The notes under the pieces: model-generated
Database searches by the model: none
Told to the model about the DNA's origin: nothing
The model's input: only the letters and a program-made list of their open reading frames with translations
Assembly: GCF_021568795.1 (NCBI RefSeq)
Contig: NZ_JAKGUE010000015.1
Coordinates: 1-59,943, forward strand
DNA from: Dethiosulfovibrio faecalis
Lineage (GTDB): Bacteria; Synergistota; Synergistia; Synergistales; Dethiosulfovibrionaceae
DNA length: 59,943 bases
Reading direction: 5' to 3'
In this document: in pieces, positions 1 to 10,269 of the stretch
How positions within the stretch are numbered: position 1 is the first letter of the stretch
How the letters are laid out: each line of letters begins with the position of its first letter
Position numbers and translations under genes: made by a program

Positions 1-56
1 ATTATGTCCCCCTCTTTCTGAGACCTATGATACAGCAGCCTGTTCTTGACCTTAAC

Positions 57-1901
57 CTAGCAACTTACTCGGTGGTCCATTTTTCCGGGTCCACTATAAC
101 CGGAAAGGCCAAACATCATATCGTCTCTGTCTTTAGGTATTAAATATTTACGACGAAAAGGAAGAGTTTTATCCAAAACGTCAAGATACAAACTATTTCC
201 ATAATAACTAGGAGCACTTGAAAATATGTTGAACTGAGACAAAAAACGTTCATAACGAACTTCCTCGTCCGATTCTCTTATGACTTTATAACTTACGGCC
301 TCGCCTAGAACAGAGGCGACCTTTCCGCCACTTTTCATAAGAACCGAATCTATCTCATCGGACCTGCCGTGAACGGAAGAAATTTCACCAATTAAATCTT
401 CCGCGATCTCCGCATCTCCGACAGTCTCGGTCATTCTCAATATGGCGGCCTGGCGAGCCCATTGAATAACCGTCTCTTTTTCCTGAAGAGCGGAGACCGT
501 TTCCTCAAAAAAAGAAGCCACTATCTGAGGAGGATGAACCCCTACTATTCCTACATACTCGACAGAAAGACCCAGATTCATCGAATCCGATATCACTTTA
601 AGCTCCTCGAGGATTTTCTGGGCTGCCTCCCTACGTCCCTTTCCTATGATGGTATCGACATCGTACTTGACGAACGTTCTAGAGGTCGTTCGTTCAGCTT
701 TCTTTCTAAAAAGCTCGATTCCATCCTCTCCCGAATTCAAAAAAGCCAAGGGCTTTACGATTCTAAACTCTACAAAGACGTCCGCTCCGACCAGGGAGAC
801 CGATGGAACCCTTTCTCCCATAACGACATCGGCGATATCGGCGGGAGGAGAGACCGGCAGATAGCTTTCCGACCTCAATCCATGTTCGTTTGTCCATAAT
901 ATAGGAACTCCTTTGACGTATATGTTACCGTCTATCGAAGTGGGACTATGAGACCCTACATGTATCCGTCTCACTCTACCGATATCGATAAGGACGGTTC
1001 GATCTATAGGCCAGGGATATTTGAGATGAATTCCTTGAGAAAGCTCCGATACAGGTCGCCCCCAACGTAAAAGGACTGCTCTATACCCCGAAGGTACTAT
1101 TTCCAAGGAGGAAAGTCCGAGAAGCAAGAGACAGACGAAGAAGGCCCCTATAGGTAAAAAACGCCATATCATTCGAAGAAACCAGCTTTTGGAGGGATCT
1201 ACTCCAAACTGATAGAGGAAGAATTCCCTTACGGTTTTTTTTAAGGAAGAAGATCTGCTCAAAAGATATAATATGCGTGATTCATGTGTCCAACGGGTAA
1301 CATTGTCCTCAACAGGACGATACCATTCGAGAACCAACGAAAAAAGCAATTCCAAGGCCACCGCCAAATTAAACGAAAGGAGAACCCGCCCAAGAAGCTT
1401 AGAGATATCGTACCTGCCAAAATGACATAGTATAACTTGAGCAACCATTAACGTTCCCACGATGAAACTTCCTCTTAGATAGCCTAAACAAGGAATCAGG
1501 GGGCTATCCTTACCTACGAGATCCTCCATATAGGATTTAGCAAACCACGAGATTACGGGGATAGCCATCACTAAAGGCAAAACTGTTCCTATAGATAAAC
1601 CATGGGTAAAACCTCGTCTCGATGCGTTGAAGACATGAGAGAGAGAACCTAAAACCAACACCGCTACGATGAGGCCCGCCACGGAGAAACGCCACTCCTC
1701 GGAGAAAAGAGATGGATCTTTTCCCGACGACTCCGAAAACAATAGAGCACCCCAAGGGACAAGAGATGCCCATAGAAAAACAAGGCCGAAAGACCCTATT
1801 TCGGAATTTCCCAAAAAGGACGTAGCTGAACCTAAAAGAACTATAACGACCTGAACGACGAACCCCTGAAAGGGGATCTTTCGAAAAAGATCAAACGTCA
1901 A
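57..1901 (-). CDS. SPFH/band-7 (prohibitin/HflK-like) domain membrane protein with large N-terminal multi-TM region
   Basis: 614-aa ORF. N-terminal half is hydrophobic with several predicted TM helices. C-terminal segment (RAVLLRWGRP...ADVFVEFRIV) resembles the SPFH core. Confidence 0.45.
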   Translation of the reverse strand: MTFDLFRKIPFQGFVVQVVIVLLGSATSFLGNSEIGSFGLVFLWASLVPWGALLFSESSGKDPSLFSEEWRFSVAGLIVAVLVLGSLSHVFNASRRGFTHGLSIGTVLPLVMAIPVISWFAKSYMEDLVGKDSPLIPCLGYLRGSFIVGTLMVAQVILCHFGRYDISKLLGRVLLSFNLAVALELLFSLVLEWYRPVEDNVTRWTHESRILYLLSRSSSLKKTVREFFLYQFGVDPSKSWFLRMIWRFLPIGAFFVCLLLLGLSSLEIVPSGYRAVLLRWGRPVSELSQGIHLKYPWPIDRTVLIDIGRVRRIHVGSHSPTSIDGNIYVKGVPILWTNEHGLRSESYLPVSPPADIADVVMGERVPSVSLVGADVFVEFRIVKPLAFLNSGEDGIELFRKKAERTTSRTFVKYDVDTIIGKGRREAAQKILEELKVISDSMNLGLSVEYVGIVGVHPPQIVASFFEETVSALQEKETVIQWARQAAILRMTETVGDAEIAEDLIGEISSVHGRSDEIDSVLMKSGGKVASVLGEAVSYKVIRESDEEVRYERFLSQFNIFSSAPSYYGNSLYLDVLDKTLPFRRKYLIPKDRDDMMFGLSGYSGPGKMDHRVSC

Positions 1902-3774
1902 GGACAGCCCCTCCTTTAAACCTCATTAACCTGGCGGAGTTGAAAACCACCGCTAAAGAAGTTCCACCATGTAAGATAGCAGCGGCTATCGGATGCAATA
2001 CTCCTACAGCCCCTAGAATCATGGACAAAGTTATAGCTATGAGAGCAAAATGCAGATTTTGTCTCATGATGGTCAGACTCTCTTTGGCAAGATCCATCAC
2101 AAGAGGAATCTTCGATATATCGTCTTTCATCAACGCTATCGATGACGAAGATATGGCGATACCGCTTCCGGCAGCTCCCATCGCAATGGAAAGATCTCCC
2201 GCGGAAAGAGCGGGACCGTCGTTAACGCCGTCTCCGACTACCGCAACGATCTCACCCTTTTCTTTTAACTCCGAAACATAATCCATCTTTTGATGCGGCA
2301 ACATCCCGGACTCCCAAAAAGACACTCCTATCGCCTCGGAGACCCTTTCGACCACCGTTTTTCTGTCTCCCGACAGAAGAATGATTTTATCGACTCCTCG
2401 GTTCCTTATGTCGAGAAGGGATGACTTTACGTCGTCCTTTACTCTATCTTCAAGATATATCTCTCCAGCAAAGACACCGTCCACGGCGACAAACAATACA
2501 CTTTGCCCAAAGTGGCTATTTTCTATGTCGGGAACATCAACGCCAGAGGATAAAATCCAAGACCGTCTCCCCACCATTACAGATCTACCATCCACTTTTC
2601 CCAAAACTCCCATTCCGTGAACTTCTTTCATCGCCTCGGTAGGAAGAAAATCCAATCCCATAAAGCTCGCTTTTTCACAGAGAGATCTCGCGATCGGATG
2701 ACTTGAATCCTTTTCCAAGGAACAAGCTAAAGAAAGAAGCCTCTTCTTATTTATGGGATCACATGAAGAGATTTCCATAACCTCTAGATGACCGGTGGTA
2801 ACGGTTCCGGTCTTGTCGAGAACTATCGTCGTAAGTCTCTCGGCTACCTCGAGATGGGATACATCCTTTATTAGAACCCCCAATCGAGCAGCCACTCCAA
2901 GTAAGGCCACAACCGCGGTAGGTCCAGCCAAAAGAATGGAGCAAGGACACGCTACGACCACCATCGAAACCACTCTATCCAAATCACCGGTGACAAAGAA
3001 AACCGCTCCGGAAAGTAGCATCACCACCGGCACATACCACCTGGCGTAACGATCTATCATTCTCATAACAGGAGTACGAGATTTTTCCGCATCGGAAATC
3101 ATTTTCTGTACCTTTCCCAAGGTCGTCTCGGACCCCACCGACGTCACTCGACAGATAACCGTTCCGGTCAAATTGACCGTCCCAGCATAGACGTCGTCGC
3201 CTCCTTTTTTCTCAGCAGGTAGGGATTCTCCCGTAATAGTCGATTCGTTAATCGAAGTCTCTCCATTCAGGACTACTCCGTCGGCAGGAACCCTCTCCCC
3301 CGGGATGATCCTGAGTTCATCTCCGACGACAAGATCTCCCGCTTCTACGTTAAGCCACACCCCATCGCGGAAAACCGTTCCCTTAGGAGGTTTCAAATCC
3401 AGGAGCTCTTTCAGACTCTCCCTCGCTCCTCTCGCAGAACGTCCTTCCAACAATGCGGAAAGCACAATTACAAAGGAAATAGTGGCGGAAGTTATAAAAC
3501 GCCCCGACACGAAAGTAGCTGTAACACCTAAAGCGGCCAGTTCGTTCATTTCCGACGATTCTTCGAAAAGCTCTCTAACGGCTCTCAAGATAAGAGGGGT
3601 TCCCATAAATACAGCGGCTCCCATCGAAAGCAGGGACGTTCTCTCTCCATAACCATATATCGAGATGGAAAAAAGCGACGCGATCAAAAGACATCCTCCA
3701 ACAAAAAAGAAGAAAAACCCCCCTAAAGACCGTTCTCCTCCTTCGACTATTTTTCTAGCAAAATCATGAGCCAT
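1891..3774 (-). CDS. P1B-type heavy-metal-translocating P-type ATPase, short 6-TM form without N-terminal HMA domain
   Basis: Motifs present: DKTGT (LDKTGTVTTG), TGES, CPC in TM4 (ACPCSILLAGP), GDGVNDGPAL hinge, and HGGTS in the last TM. The ORF-track start at 3894 is probably N-extended. Start refined to MAHDF at 3774, with a GGAGGA RBS 6 nt upstream. Confidence 0.85.
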   Translation of the reverse strand: MAHDFARKIVEGGERSLGGFFFFFVGGCLLIASLFSISIYGYGERTSLLSMGAAVFMGTPLILRAVRELFEESSEMNELAALGVTATFVSGRFITSATISFVIVLSALLEGRSARGARESLKELLDLKPPKGTVFRDGVWLNVEAGDLVVGDELRIIPGERVPADGVVLNGETSINESTITGESLPAEKKGGDDVYAGTVNLTGTVICRVTSVGSETTLGKVQKMISDAEKSRTPVMRMIDRYARWYVPVVMLLSGAVFFVTGDLDRVVSMVVVACPCSILLAGPTAVVALLGVAARLGVLIKDVSHLEVAERLTTIVLDKTGTVTTGHLEVMEISSCDPINKKRLLSLACSLEKDSSHPIARSLCEKASFMGLDFLPTEAMKEVHGMGVLGKVDGRSVMVGRRSWILSSGVDVPDIENSHFGQSVLFVAVDGVFAGEIYLEDRVKDDVKSSLLDIRNRGVDKIILLSGDRKTVVERVSEAIGVSFWESGMLPHQKMDYVSELKEKGEIVAVVGDGVNDGPALSAGDLSIAMGAAGSGIAISSSSIALMKDDISKIPLVMDLAKESLTIMRQNLHFALIAITLSMILGAVGVLHPIAAAILHGGTSLAVVFNSARLMRFKGGAVLDV

Positions 3775-3859
3775 CACATTTCCTCCTCTAAAAGCATATG
3801 GATACCAAAAAAAGTTAGTCACGTCAACATAACTTACTCTCTTCACAAAGAGAGGTCTC

Positions 3860-3888
3860 TTGATCCTACCGAAACGGTATGGTATTAT
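3860..3888 (+). promoter_or_regulatory. Putative feoA promoter with an upstream inverted repeat
   Basis: TTGATC-17 nt-TG-n-TATTAT. The inverted repeat CTCTCTT-caca-AAGAGAG at 3836-3853 abuts the -35. Confidence 0.4.
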
Positions 3889-3944
3889 CGCCAAACAAAG
3901 TACGCATAGCTCGCAGAGGGGGAAATAACGTGGTCAAGATAGCC

Positions 3945-4169
3945 ATGAGACAGATGGAGGATAACCAGACCGGGACCATCGCCAAGGTGAGGGCCGAGGG
4001 GGAGCTGGGCAGACGAATAAGGGATATGGGGCTTACTCCGGGAACGACTATTAGAATAATGGGAAGGGCTCCTCTCTACGACCCAGTGGCCATAAGGGTT
4101 GGCGACTTTACCTTGACCCTTAGAGACAGCGAGGCGGACTACATAGACGTGGAGGTGGAGGAAAGATGA
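3945..4169 (+). CDS. feoA: FeoA family ferrous iron transport protein
   Basis: Small SH3-like protein (MRQMEDNQTGTIAKV...GDFTLTLRDSEADYIDVEVEE). Stop overlaps the feoB start (ATGA). Internal start at 3945 chosen over ORF-track 3879. Confidence 0.75.
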   Translation: MRQMEDNQTGTIAKVRAEGELGRRIRDMGLTPGTTIRIMGRAPLYDPVAIRVGDFTLTLRDSEADYIDVEVEER

Positions 4170-6322
4170 CCACCGTAGCCCTGGCGGGAAATCCGAACTC
4201 GGGAAAGACGACACTCTTCAACGGTCTGACCGGAGCCAGACAACACGTCGGCAACTATCCGGGAGTGACGGTGGAACACAAAAGGGGAACCTACAATCAC
4301 GACGGTATATCGGTGGAGGTCGAGGACCTTCCGGGAATATACTCTCTCTCCGCCTACTCCGCCGAGGAGGAGGTAGCCAGGGATTTCCTTATCCGACAGA
4401 CGCCGGACGTGGTGATCGACATAGTCGACTCCTCCAATCTAGAGAGGAACCTGTACCTGTCGGTCCAGCTGAAGGAGATGGGCCTTCCGGTATGCCTGGC
4501 ATTGAACATGATGGACGTGGCCGAGTCGAGAGGTATGGAGATAGACACGGACAAGCTGTCTTCTCTAATGAGAACCCCGGTGGTCCCCATAGTCGCCAGA
4601 AAATCCGAGGGAATCCACGAGATGATGAATCGGGCCCTGGAGATAGCAGGAAAGGACCCGGAGCCTTTTAAGATCTCCTACGGCCCCGATATCGACCCGG
4701 TTCTGGACGAGATGGCCAGGGCTATAGACCAGGACCCGATATTGGACGAGGCGATAAGGCCGAGATGGTCAGCTCTGAAGTATCTCGAAGGGGACGAGAC
4801 TATAAAGATCTCCATAGCGGAGAGAGCCCCGGAGCTGGAGAAAAAACTTAACGGCATGGCCGAAACTCTGGACTCCCACTTGAGAGCCACACTGGACACT
4901 TACGCGGAGGCCTTAATAGCGGACCATCGTTACGGGTATATAAAATCGATCCTCCAGCAAGGCGTTCTGATATACAGAAAGGACAGAGAGGCCAAGAGCG
5001 TGTCCGACAGGATAGACGCCATAGTGACCCACCGTTTCGTGGGCCCCATAGTTATGCTCGCCGTCCTGGGGACCCTTTACCATATAACCTTCGCCTACAG
5101 CGAGATACCGGTGGGATGGTTCGAGAGCTTTTTCGGGTGGATAGGATCTCTGGCGAACGATTATATGTCTGAAGGACCGTTGAAATCGATGGTAATGTCG
5201 GGAGTGATAGACGGGGTCGGAGGTGTTATGGGATTCGTTCCCCTCATATTCCTGATGTTTCTCGGGATATCCTTCTTGGAGGACACCGGATATCTGGCAA
5301 GGGTGGCTTTCATGCTGGACAGGGTCTTCAGAGTTTTCGGACTACATGGCAGTTCGGTGATGCCTTTCATAATCTCAGGAGGCATCGCCGGAGGATGCGC
5401 CGTTCCAGGAGTCATGGCGGCCAGAACGATAAAGTCGCCCAAGGAACGATTGGCCACCTTACTGACCGTTCCCTTCATGAACTGCGGGGCGAAGCTGCCG
5501 GTGTTCGCCCTATTGATAGGGGTTTTCTTCCCTGAAGGGGAAACCCGAATGATGCTTCTGATAACGGCAATATCGTGGATAGGAGCCATGTTGGCCGCCC
5601 GGCTTCTCCGTTCGACGATCCTTCGAGGGGAGACCACTCCCTTTGTGATGGAGCTGCCAACCTACCGTTTCCCCACCTTTCGAGGACTTCTGATACACAC
5701 ATGGGAGAGAACATGGCAATACATAAAGAAAGCCGGCACCGTCATCTTGGGGATATCGATACTTCTATGGGCGATGATGACCTATCCCGGACTGGACGAA
5801 AAGGCTACAGTCAAGTTCGAGAACATGAGGGAAAAGGTCTCGGACGAACTGTCTCAGGAAAAGCGGACCAAGATACTGTCAGAGATAGACGGAATGGAGG
5901 CCCAGGAGGCCCTGCGGCGTTCCTACGCCGGGCGAATCGGGACCGCTTTGGAGAAAGTAACCTCTTGGGCCGGGTTCGACTGGAGGGACAACATCGCACT
6001 TGTCGGAGGTTTCGCCGCCAAAGAGGTCGTAGTGTCGACGCTTGGGACGGCTTATTCCCTAGGCGAGGTAGATCCGGAGGAAAGCGGCGGTCTGGCATCC
6101 ATAATAGAGAGGTCTCCAGACTGGTCGCCCCTCAAAGCATTGGCGCTGATAATATTCACCATGTTCTACGCCCCATGTTTCGTAACCGTGGTCTGCATCG
6201 CCAAGGAGGCCGGCTCATGGAAATGGGCGGCCTTCTCCATGACGTTCAATACCCTTTTGGCCTATCTGTTGGCGGTGGCGGTCTATCAGGGAGGGGCGTT
6301 TATACAGTCCATAGGAGGGTAG
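4166..6322 (+). CDS. feoB: Ferrous iron transporter FeoB (N-terminal G domain + polytopic membrane domain)
   Basis: G1 motif GNPNSGKTTLFN, 718 aa, typical FeoB architecture. Confidence 0.95.
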   Translation: MTTVALAGNPNSGKTTLFNGLTGARQHVGNYPGVTVEHKRGTYNHDGISVEVEDLPGIYSLSAYSAEEEVARDFLIRQTPDVVIDIVDSSNLERNLYLSVQLKEMGLPVCLALNMMDVAESRGMEIDTDKLSSLMRTPVVPIVARKSEGIHEMMNRALEIAGKDPEPFKISYGPDIDPVLDEMARAIDQDPILDEAIRPRWSALKYLEGDETIKISIAERAPELEKKLNGMAETLDSHLRATLDTYAEALIADHRYGYIKSILQQGVLIYRKDREAKSVSDRIDAIVTHRFVGPIVMLAVLGTLYHITFAYSEIPVGWFESFFGWIGSLANDYMSEGPLKSMVMSGVIDGVGGVMGFVPLIFLMFLGISFLEDTGYLARVAFMLDRVFRVFGLHGSSVMPFIISGGIAGGCAVPGVMAARTIKSPKERLATLLTVPFMNCGAKLPVFALLIGVFFPEGETRMMLLITAISWIGAMLAARLLRSTILRGETTPFVMELPTYRFPTFRGLLIHTWERTWQYIKKAGTVILGISILLWAMMTYPGLDEKATVKFENMREKVSDELSQEKRTKILSEIDGMEAQEALRRSYAGRIGTALEKVTSWAGFDWRDNIALVGGFAAKEVVVSTLGTAYSLGEVDPEESGGLASIIERSPDWSPLKALALIIFTMFYAPCFVTVVCIAKEAGSWKWAAFSMTFNTLLAYLLAVAVYQGGAFIQSIGG

Positions 6323-6325
6323 ATT

Positions 6326-6517
6326 ATGGAAAAACTCGTAGTAGCCGTTATAGTGGCCTTCGCCGGATGGATCCTCTTCAGGCGATTCAGATCGTTGATA
6401 AAGAGAGGAGGCTGCGGATGTTCCGGGTGTTCCGGCTGTGGGACGTCCTCCAGCTGCAACGGTTGCGATATCCGAATCGAGCCGGGAGAAGACGATAGAG
6501 AAAAGCCACAAGGATAG
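6326..6517 (+). CDS. FeoB-associated Cys-rich small membrane protein
   Basis: 63 aa, N-terminal TM helix, then [12 protein letters not shown]...CNGC Cys/Gly repeats immediately downstream of feoB. Confidence 0.65.
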   Translation: MEKLVVAVIVAFAGWILFRRFRSLIKRGGCGCSGCSGCGTSSSCNGCDIRIEPGEDDREKPQG

Positions 6518-6587
6518 GCATCGAGAGACACATGCTATACTGATAACAAGAACCAGAACTAAAAAACATCGCAAAGGAAGGTGCTTT

Positions 6588-7232
6588 ATGATGGAAAACA
6601 GGATACCCCTTATCGGCGAGGCTATGCCGGAGCTTAAGGTAGTAACTACCAGAGGTAAGAAAACCATCCCCAACGATTACGCCGGGCAGTGGTTCGTGCT
6701 CTTCAGCCACCCGGCGGACTTCACCCCGGTCTGCACTACCGAGTTCGTGGCTTTCCAGAAGAGATACGATAAGTTCAAGGAGTTGAACTGCGAACTCATC
6801 GGAATGAGCATCGACCAGGTCTTCGCTCACATCAAATGGGAACAATGGATAGAGGAGAATCTGGACGTCGAGATCCAGTTTCCCATAATCGCCGACGACG
6901 GCACGGTCGGCAAACAGCTCGGCATGATACACCCCGGCAAGGGATCCAACACCGTAAGGGCCGTATTCATAGTCGACCCGAACGGCATAATAAGGGCGAT
7001 CCTCTACTACCCGCAGGAGCTCGGCAGAAACATGGACGAGGTGCTGCGCATGGTCAAGGCCCTTCAGATAAGCGAGAAGAACGGTGTTGCCATGCCTGCG
7101 AACTGGCCGGAAAACGAGATTATCGGGGATTCCGTGATCGTTCCTCCGGCGAGCGACGTCGAAAACGCGAAAAAGAGACTGACCGAGTACGAGAATTTCG
7201 ACTGGTGGTTCTGCCACAAGAAACTCGATTAA
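6588..7232 (+). CDS. Peroxiredoxin (1-Cys Prx / Prx6 subfamily, AhpC-TSA fold)
   Basis: FTPVCTTE peroxidatic-Cys motif. Start refined to MMENR, with a GGAAGG RBS. The ORF-track N-terminal extension from 6438 overlaps the upstream gene and is probably spurious. Confidence 0.9.
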   Translation: MMENRIPLIGEAMPELKVVTTRGKKTIPNDYAGQWFVLFSHPADFTPVCTTEFVAFQKRYDKFKELNCELIGMSIDQVFAHIKWEQWIEENLDVEIQFPIIADDGTVGKQLGMIHPGKGSNTVRAVFIVDPNGIIRAILYYPQELGRNMDEVLRMVKALQISEKNGVAMPANWPENEIIGDSVIVPPASDVENAKKRLTEYENFDWWFCHKKLD

Positions 7233-7258
7233 GATCGTCTCGAAAAAACGGAAGTCCA

Positions 7259-7290
7259 GGAGAGGATCCCTCAGGGGGTCCTCTCCTTTT
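7259..7290 (+). terminator. Rho-independent terminator after the peroxiredoxin gene
   Basis: GGAGAGGATCCC-tcag-GGGGTCCTCTCC followed by TTTT. Confidence 0.6.
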
Positions 7291-7347
7291 CACGTTGAAC
7301 CCTCGGTCTTTCACTGGTATAAATGGGGGATCAAACGTCAAAAGGAG

Positions 7348-8469
7348 ATGGCGCCATTGGACTGGAGAAAGACGATCCCGCAGGGACTGAGGGACACCAC
7401 CACCGAGCTTTACGTCAACACAGTCGAAAAGAGAAGTTTCTCCGTAGACTGCGCCCTGGGATCTAGCCCTATAGGGGCTCCCTGCGGAGTCGTGTCCGCC
7501 TTCGGAAAGGCTTTTGGAGAAGATCTTTCGTCTTACGTTCCTCCGTCGGAGAGGTTGACCGAGCCGGTCTGCCGTTTCTGGAAAGATCTGGTGTCTCAAG
7601 AAGAACTGGTTTTTGCCAACGGAACGGACACCATCCTGGTGGTGCTGGCCAAGGCTTTGGGCGCCCCGGGAGGACGAATCTTGGGCATGGCTCCACAGTT
7701 CACCGACGCCCCGGTCCATTTCCAGCTTTCCGGATGCGACTTCAAAGCGGTGAATCTGGAGGGCCCCTCCTACGAAATAGATGCAGACCGGCTACTGGAG
7801 GCACTGGACGATTCGATATCTCTGGTCTACATCGATCGTCCCCACAACCCGACGGGTCAGCTGATGTCCTTGGACGACCTGGACAGAATAGTGGCGGCCG
7901 CGGATAAAAGGGATGCCCTGGTGATAGTGGACGAGGCTTACGGAGATTTCGTCGACGAATCCACGTCCTGTCTGAACCTGAAACGGGACAACATCCTCTG
8001 TCTTCGCAGTTTTTCCAAGGGTTGGGGAATGGCAGGCATAAGGGGAGGATACGGGGTATTTCGATCTCCCCTAGCAAGGGATCTCTATCTGAGGGTTAGC
8101 CCCCCCTTCACCGTGGACGCACTGGCTTTCGCAGCGATACCTATGGCGCTGGACGAGGCTGATGAGTTTCTACCGTCCATGAGACGGGAGGTCGCCAGGC
8201 TGAAGAGGGCTACAGTGGACAGGATAATCGAGTCTCCCCGGTTCTCCGTGGCGAAGACCCATCCGTCGGTGTCCATCATGATGGTGACCTACGACTACAG
8301 GGAAGCAAATCTCTACGATATGCTGATGGAGCATGGGATAAAGACCGCTCCCGGATCGGGTTTTCTAGGGATAGGCGACAATTCTGTGAGGTTGAGGGTT
8401 CCCCCGGAGGATCAATTCGAAGATTTCAGGACGAGATGGAGAGACATGGTCTCGTCCCTTCCCAGGTGA
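7348..8469 (+). CDS. Class I/II PLP-dependent aminotransferase (HisC/CobD-like)
   Basis: RPHNPTGQ and SFSKGWGMAGIRGGYG (PLP-Lys region). The true start may be the TTG at 7357, which has better RBS spacing. Confidence 0.7.
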   Translation: MAPLDWRKTIPQGLRDTTTELYVNTVEKRSFSVDCALGSSPIGAPCGVVSAFGKAFGEDLSSYVPPSERLTEPVCRFWKDLVSQEELVFANGTDTILVVLAKALGAPGGRILGMAPQFTDAPVHFQLSGCDFKAVNLEGPSYEIDADRLLEALDDSISLVYIDRPHNPTGQLMSLDDLDRIVAAADKRDALVIVDEAYGDFVDESTSCLNLKRDNILCLRSFSKGWGMAGIRGGYGVFRSPLARDLYLRVSPPFTVDALAFAAIPMALDEADEFLPSMRREVARLKRATVDRIIESPRFSVAKTHPSVSIMMVTYDYREANLYDMLMEHGIKTAPGSGFLGIGDNSVRLRVPPEDQFEDFRTRWRDMVSSLPR

Positions 8470-8473
8470 TGCC

Positions 8474-9349
8474 ATGAGGTTAAGGGAGCGAAGCGCCGAC
8501 TTGGTGATGTTTCTGGCGGTGTTCGCAACGTCTACGGGGTCCATCTTCGCCAAGGCGGCGAACGCTCCGTCCTTGACGGTGGCAGCATACAGGGTCGGCC
8601 TGGCCTCTCTCGTTCTGGTGCCGATGGCTTTCATGCTTCGAAGAGACGAGATAAGGTCCCTGTCCTCCAGGGACTGGAAGGATACGGTTCTATCCGGGAC
8701 GGCGCTGGCGGTCCACTTCGCCTCGTGGATATCGTCCCTGAGCTTCATCTCGGTGGCCAGCTGTGTGGTTCTGGTCAACACGGCACCTCTATGGGTGGCG
8801 ATGATGGCCCCCTTCCTCACCGGTGAAAGGATCAACGGAAAGACCGCGACCGCTATAGCCGTGGCCGTGTCGGGAGCCGTTATCATAGGCTGGGGGGATT
8901 TCTCCTCCGGTTCGGAGGCGTGGAAGGGGGATCTTCTGGCCGTACTTGGAGCGATAACCATGGCCATCTATCTCCTGCTAGGGAGAAGGGTCAGGGAGAA
9001 GGTATCGCTGCTCTCCTACGTGTCGGTCTGCTACGGAACGGCAGCGATTCTTCTTTGGACAGTGGCTCTGATCGGTCCCTATCGAACCTGGGGATTCTCC
9101 TCCGGCACGTGGTGGGCATTCTGGGGGATGGCCATCATCCCCCAGTTGTTAGGTCACTCCGCCTATAACTGGGCTCTCAGGTGGGTGAGTCCTTCGGTGG
9201 TATCGGTGGTCTTGTTGGGTGAACCGGTCTGTTCGTCGGTTATGGCGTTGTTCTTGTTCGGCGAACCTCTAGGGCTCAAGACGATAATCGGTGGATGTCT
9301 CATCCTTATGGGGGTCCATATGGCCCAGAGGGCCAGAAAGGGCCTCTAG
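8474..9349 (+). CDS. EamA/DMT superfamily transporter (10 TM)
   Basis: Two duplicated EamA-like hydrophobic halves; 291 aa. Confidence 0.75.
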   Translation: MRLRERSADLVMFLAVFATSTGSIFAKAANAPSLTVAAYRVGLASLVLVPMAFMLRRDEIRSLSSRDWKDTVLSGTALAVHFASWISSLSFISVASCVVLVNTAPLWVAMMAPFLTGERINGKTATAIAVAVSGAVIIGWGDFSSGSEAWKGDLLAVLGAITMAIYLLLGRRVREKVSLLSYVSVCYGTAAILLWTVALIGPYRTWGFSSGTWWAFWGMAIIPQLLGHSAYNWALRWVSPSVVSVVLLGEPVCSSVMALFLFGEPLGLKTIIGGCLILMGVHMAQRARKGL

Positions 9350-9351
9350 CA

Positions 9352-10269
9352 TCAGGACAGGAGGTCCATGGCGGCCCTGTAACCGGCCTCCATAGCCTCC
9401 TCCGCCCGAAAAAACTCCATGAAACGAATATGACCGAGCCTCGGTGCAATCAGTAGCTCCGGAGAGTCCACCTTAAGCCTGTTCTCCGTTATGGAGCTTT
9501 CCATTATATTTATGGAGGTGACCATGACGTCTATCAAACCCGGCCCCTTTGATTTTTTACCTTTATCCTCGTCGCTCATCAGAGAGCTGATCTCGTCTAT
9601 CAGAGAGTCCACCAGGGAGGGACCGTCGCCTTTCCTGATCTTTTTTCTTCTAAGTCCACCGCCCGTCCTGTGTTCCTGTTTGCTTCCCACCACGTAACGG
9701 TTGAGATCTACGGCTATTGTGAACTCGGCCCCCAGGGACCTGACCACGTTTACCGGAACCGGATCAACCAGACCGCCGTCCACCAACAGGGCGTCTTCGG
9801 TGACGAAGGGCGTGAACACTCCCGGGACGGCTATGCTTGCCCTTACCGCGTCGATGACGTCCCCGGACGAGAGGACCACCTCGCTTCCGTCCCTCAGATC
9901 GGTGGCCACTGCGGCAAAGGGAACGGACAGATCATCGAAGGATCTGTCGCCCAAGATCCCTCTGAGCAGTTCGGTGACCTTTCTTCCGTCGACCAGACCC
10001 GAGTGGGGGAAGACCACGTCGAAATAAGACAGCAACTGCAGCAGGTCCATCTTGAGAAGCAGCTCCTCCAGATGATCCATTCCTCCGGAGGCGTAGACGG
10101 CCCCCACCATGGCTCCTATGCTGGTACCGGAGATACATCCCACAGGGATGGATTTCTCCTCCAGAGCGCGCAGAACCCCTATATGGGCACAGCCTCTGGC
10201 GGCTCCGCCTCCCAAGGCCAGCCCTATCTTAAGACCTTTCGATACGGCATCACGCAGATCTGCGGACAA
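9352..10269 (-). CDS. Patatin-like phospholipase
   Basis: Oxyanion GGGAARG and nucleophile GTSIGA (GXSXG) motifs. Overlaps the hom stop by 20 nt. Confidence 0.8.
   Translation of the reverse strand: MSADLRDAVSKGLKIGLALGGGAARGCAHIGVLRALEEKSIPVGCISGTSIGAMVGAVYASGGMDHLEELLLKMDLLQLLSYFDVVFPHSGLVDGRKVTELLRGILGDRSFDDLSVPFAAVATDLRDGSEVVLSSGDVIDAVRASIAVPGVFTPFVTEDALLVDGGLVDPVPVNVVRSLGAEFTIAVDLNRYVVGSKQEHRTGGGLRRKKIRKGDGPSLVDSLIDEISSLMSDEDKGKKSKGPGLIDVMVTSINIMESSITENRLKVDSPELLIAPRLGHIRFMEFFRAEEAMEAGYRAAMDLLS

Noticed and set aside
6438-6587. ORF-track N-terminal extension of the peroxiredoxin ORF ([15 protein letters not shown]...).
   Set aside because: It overlaps the upstream Cys-rich gene in another frame, has no RBS and is non-homologous. 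The real start is MMENR at 6588 with a GGAAGG RBS.
6518-6587. Possible Fur/PerR box upstream of the peroxiredoxin gene (TGATAAC half-site).
   Set aside because: Only a single half-site with no dyad partner. Insufficient evidence.
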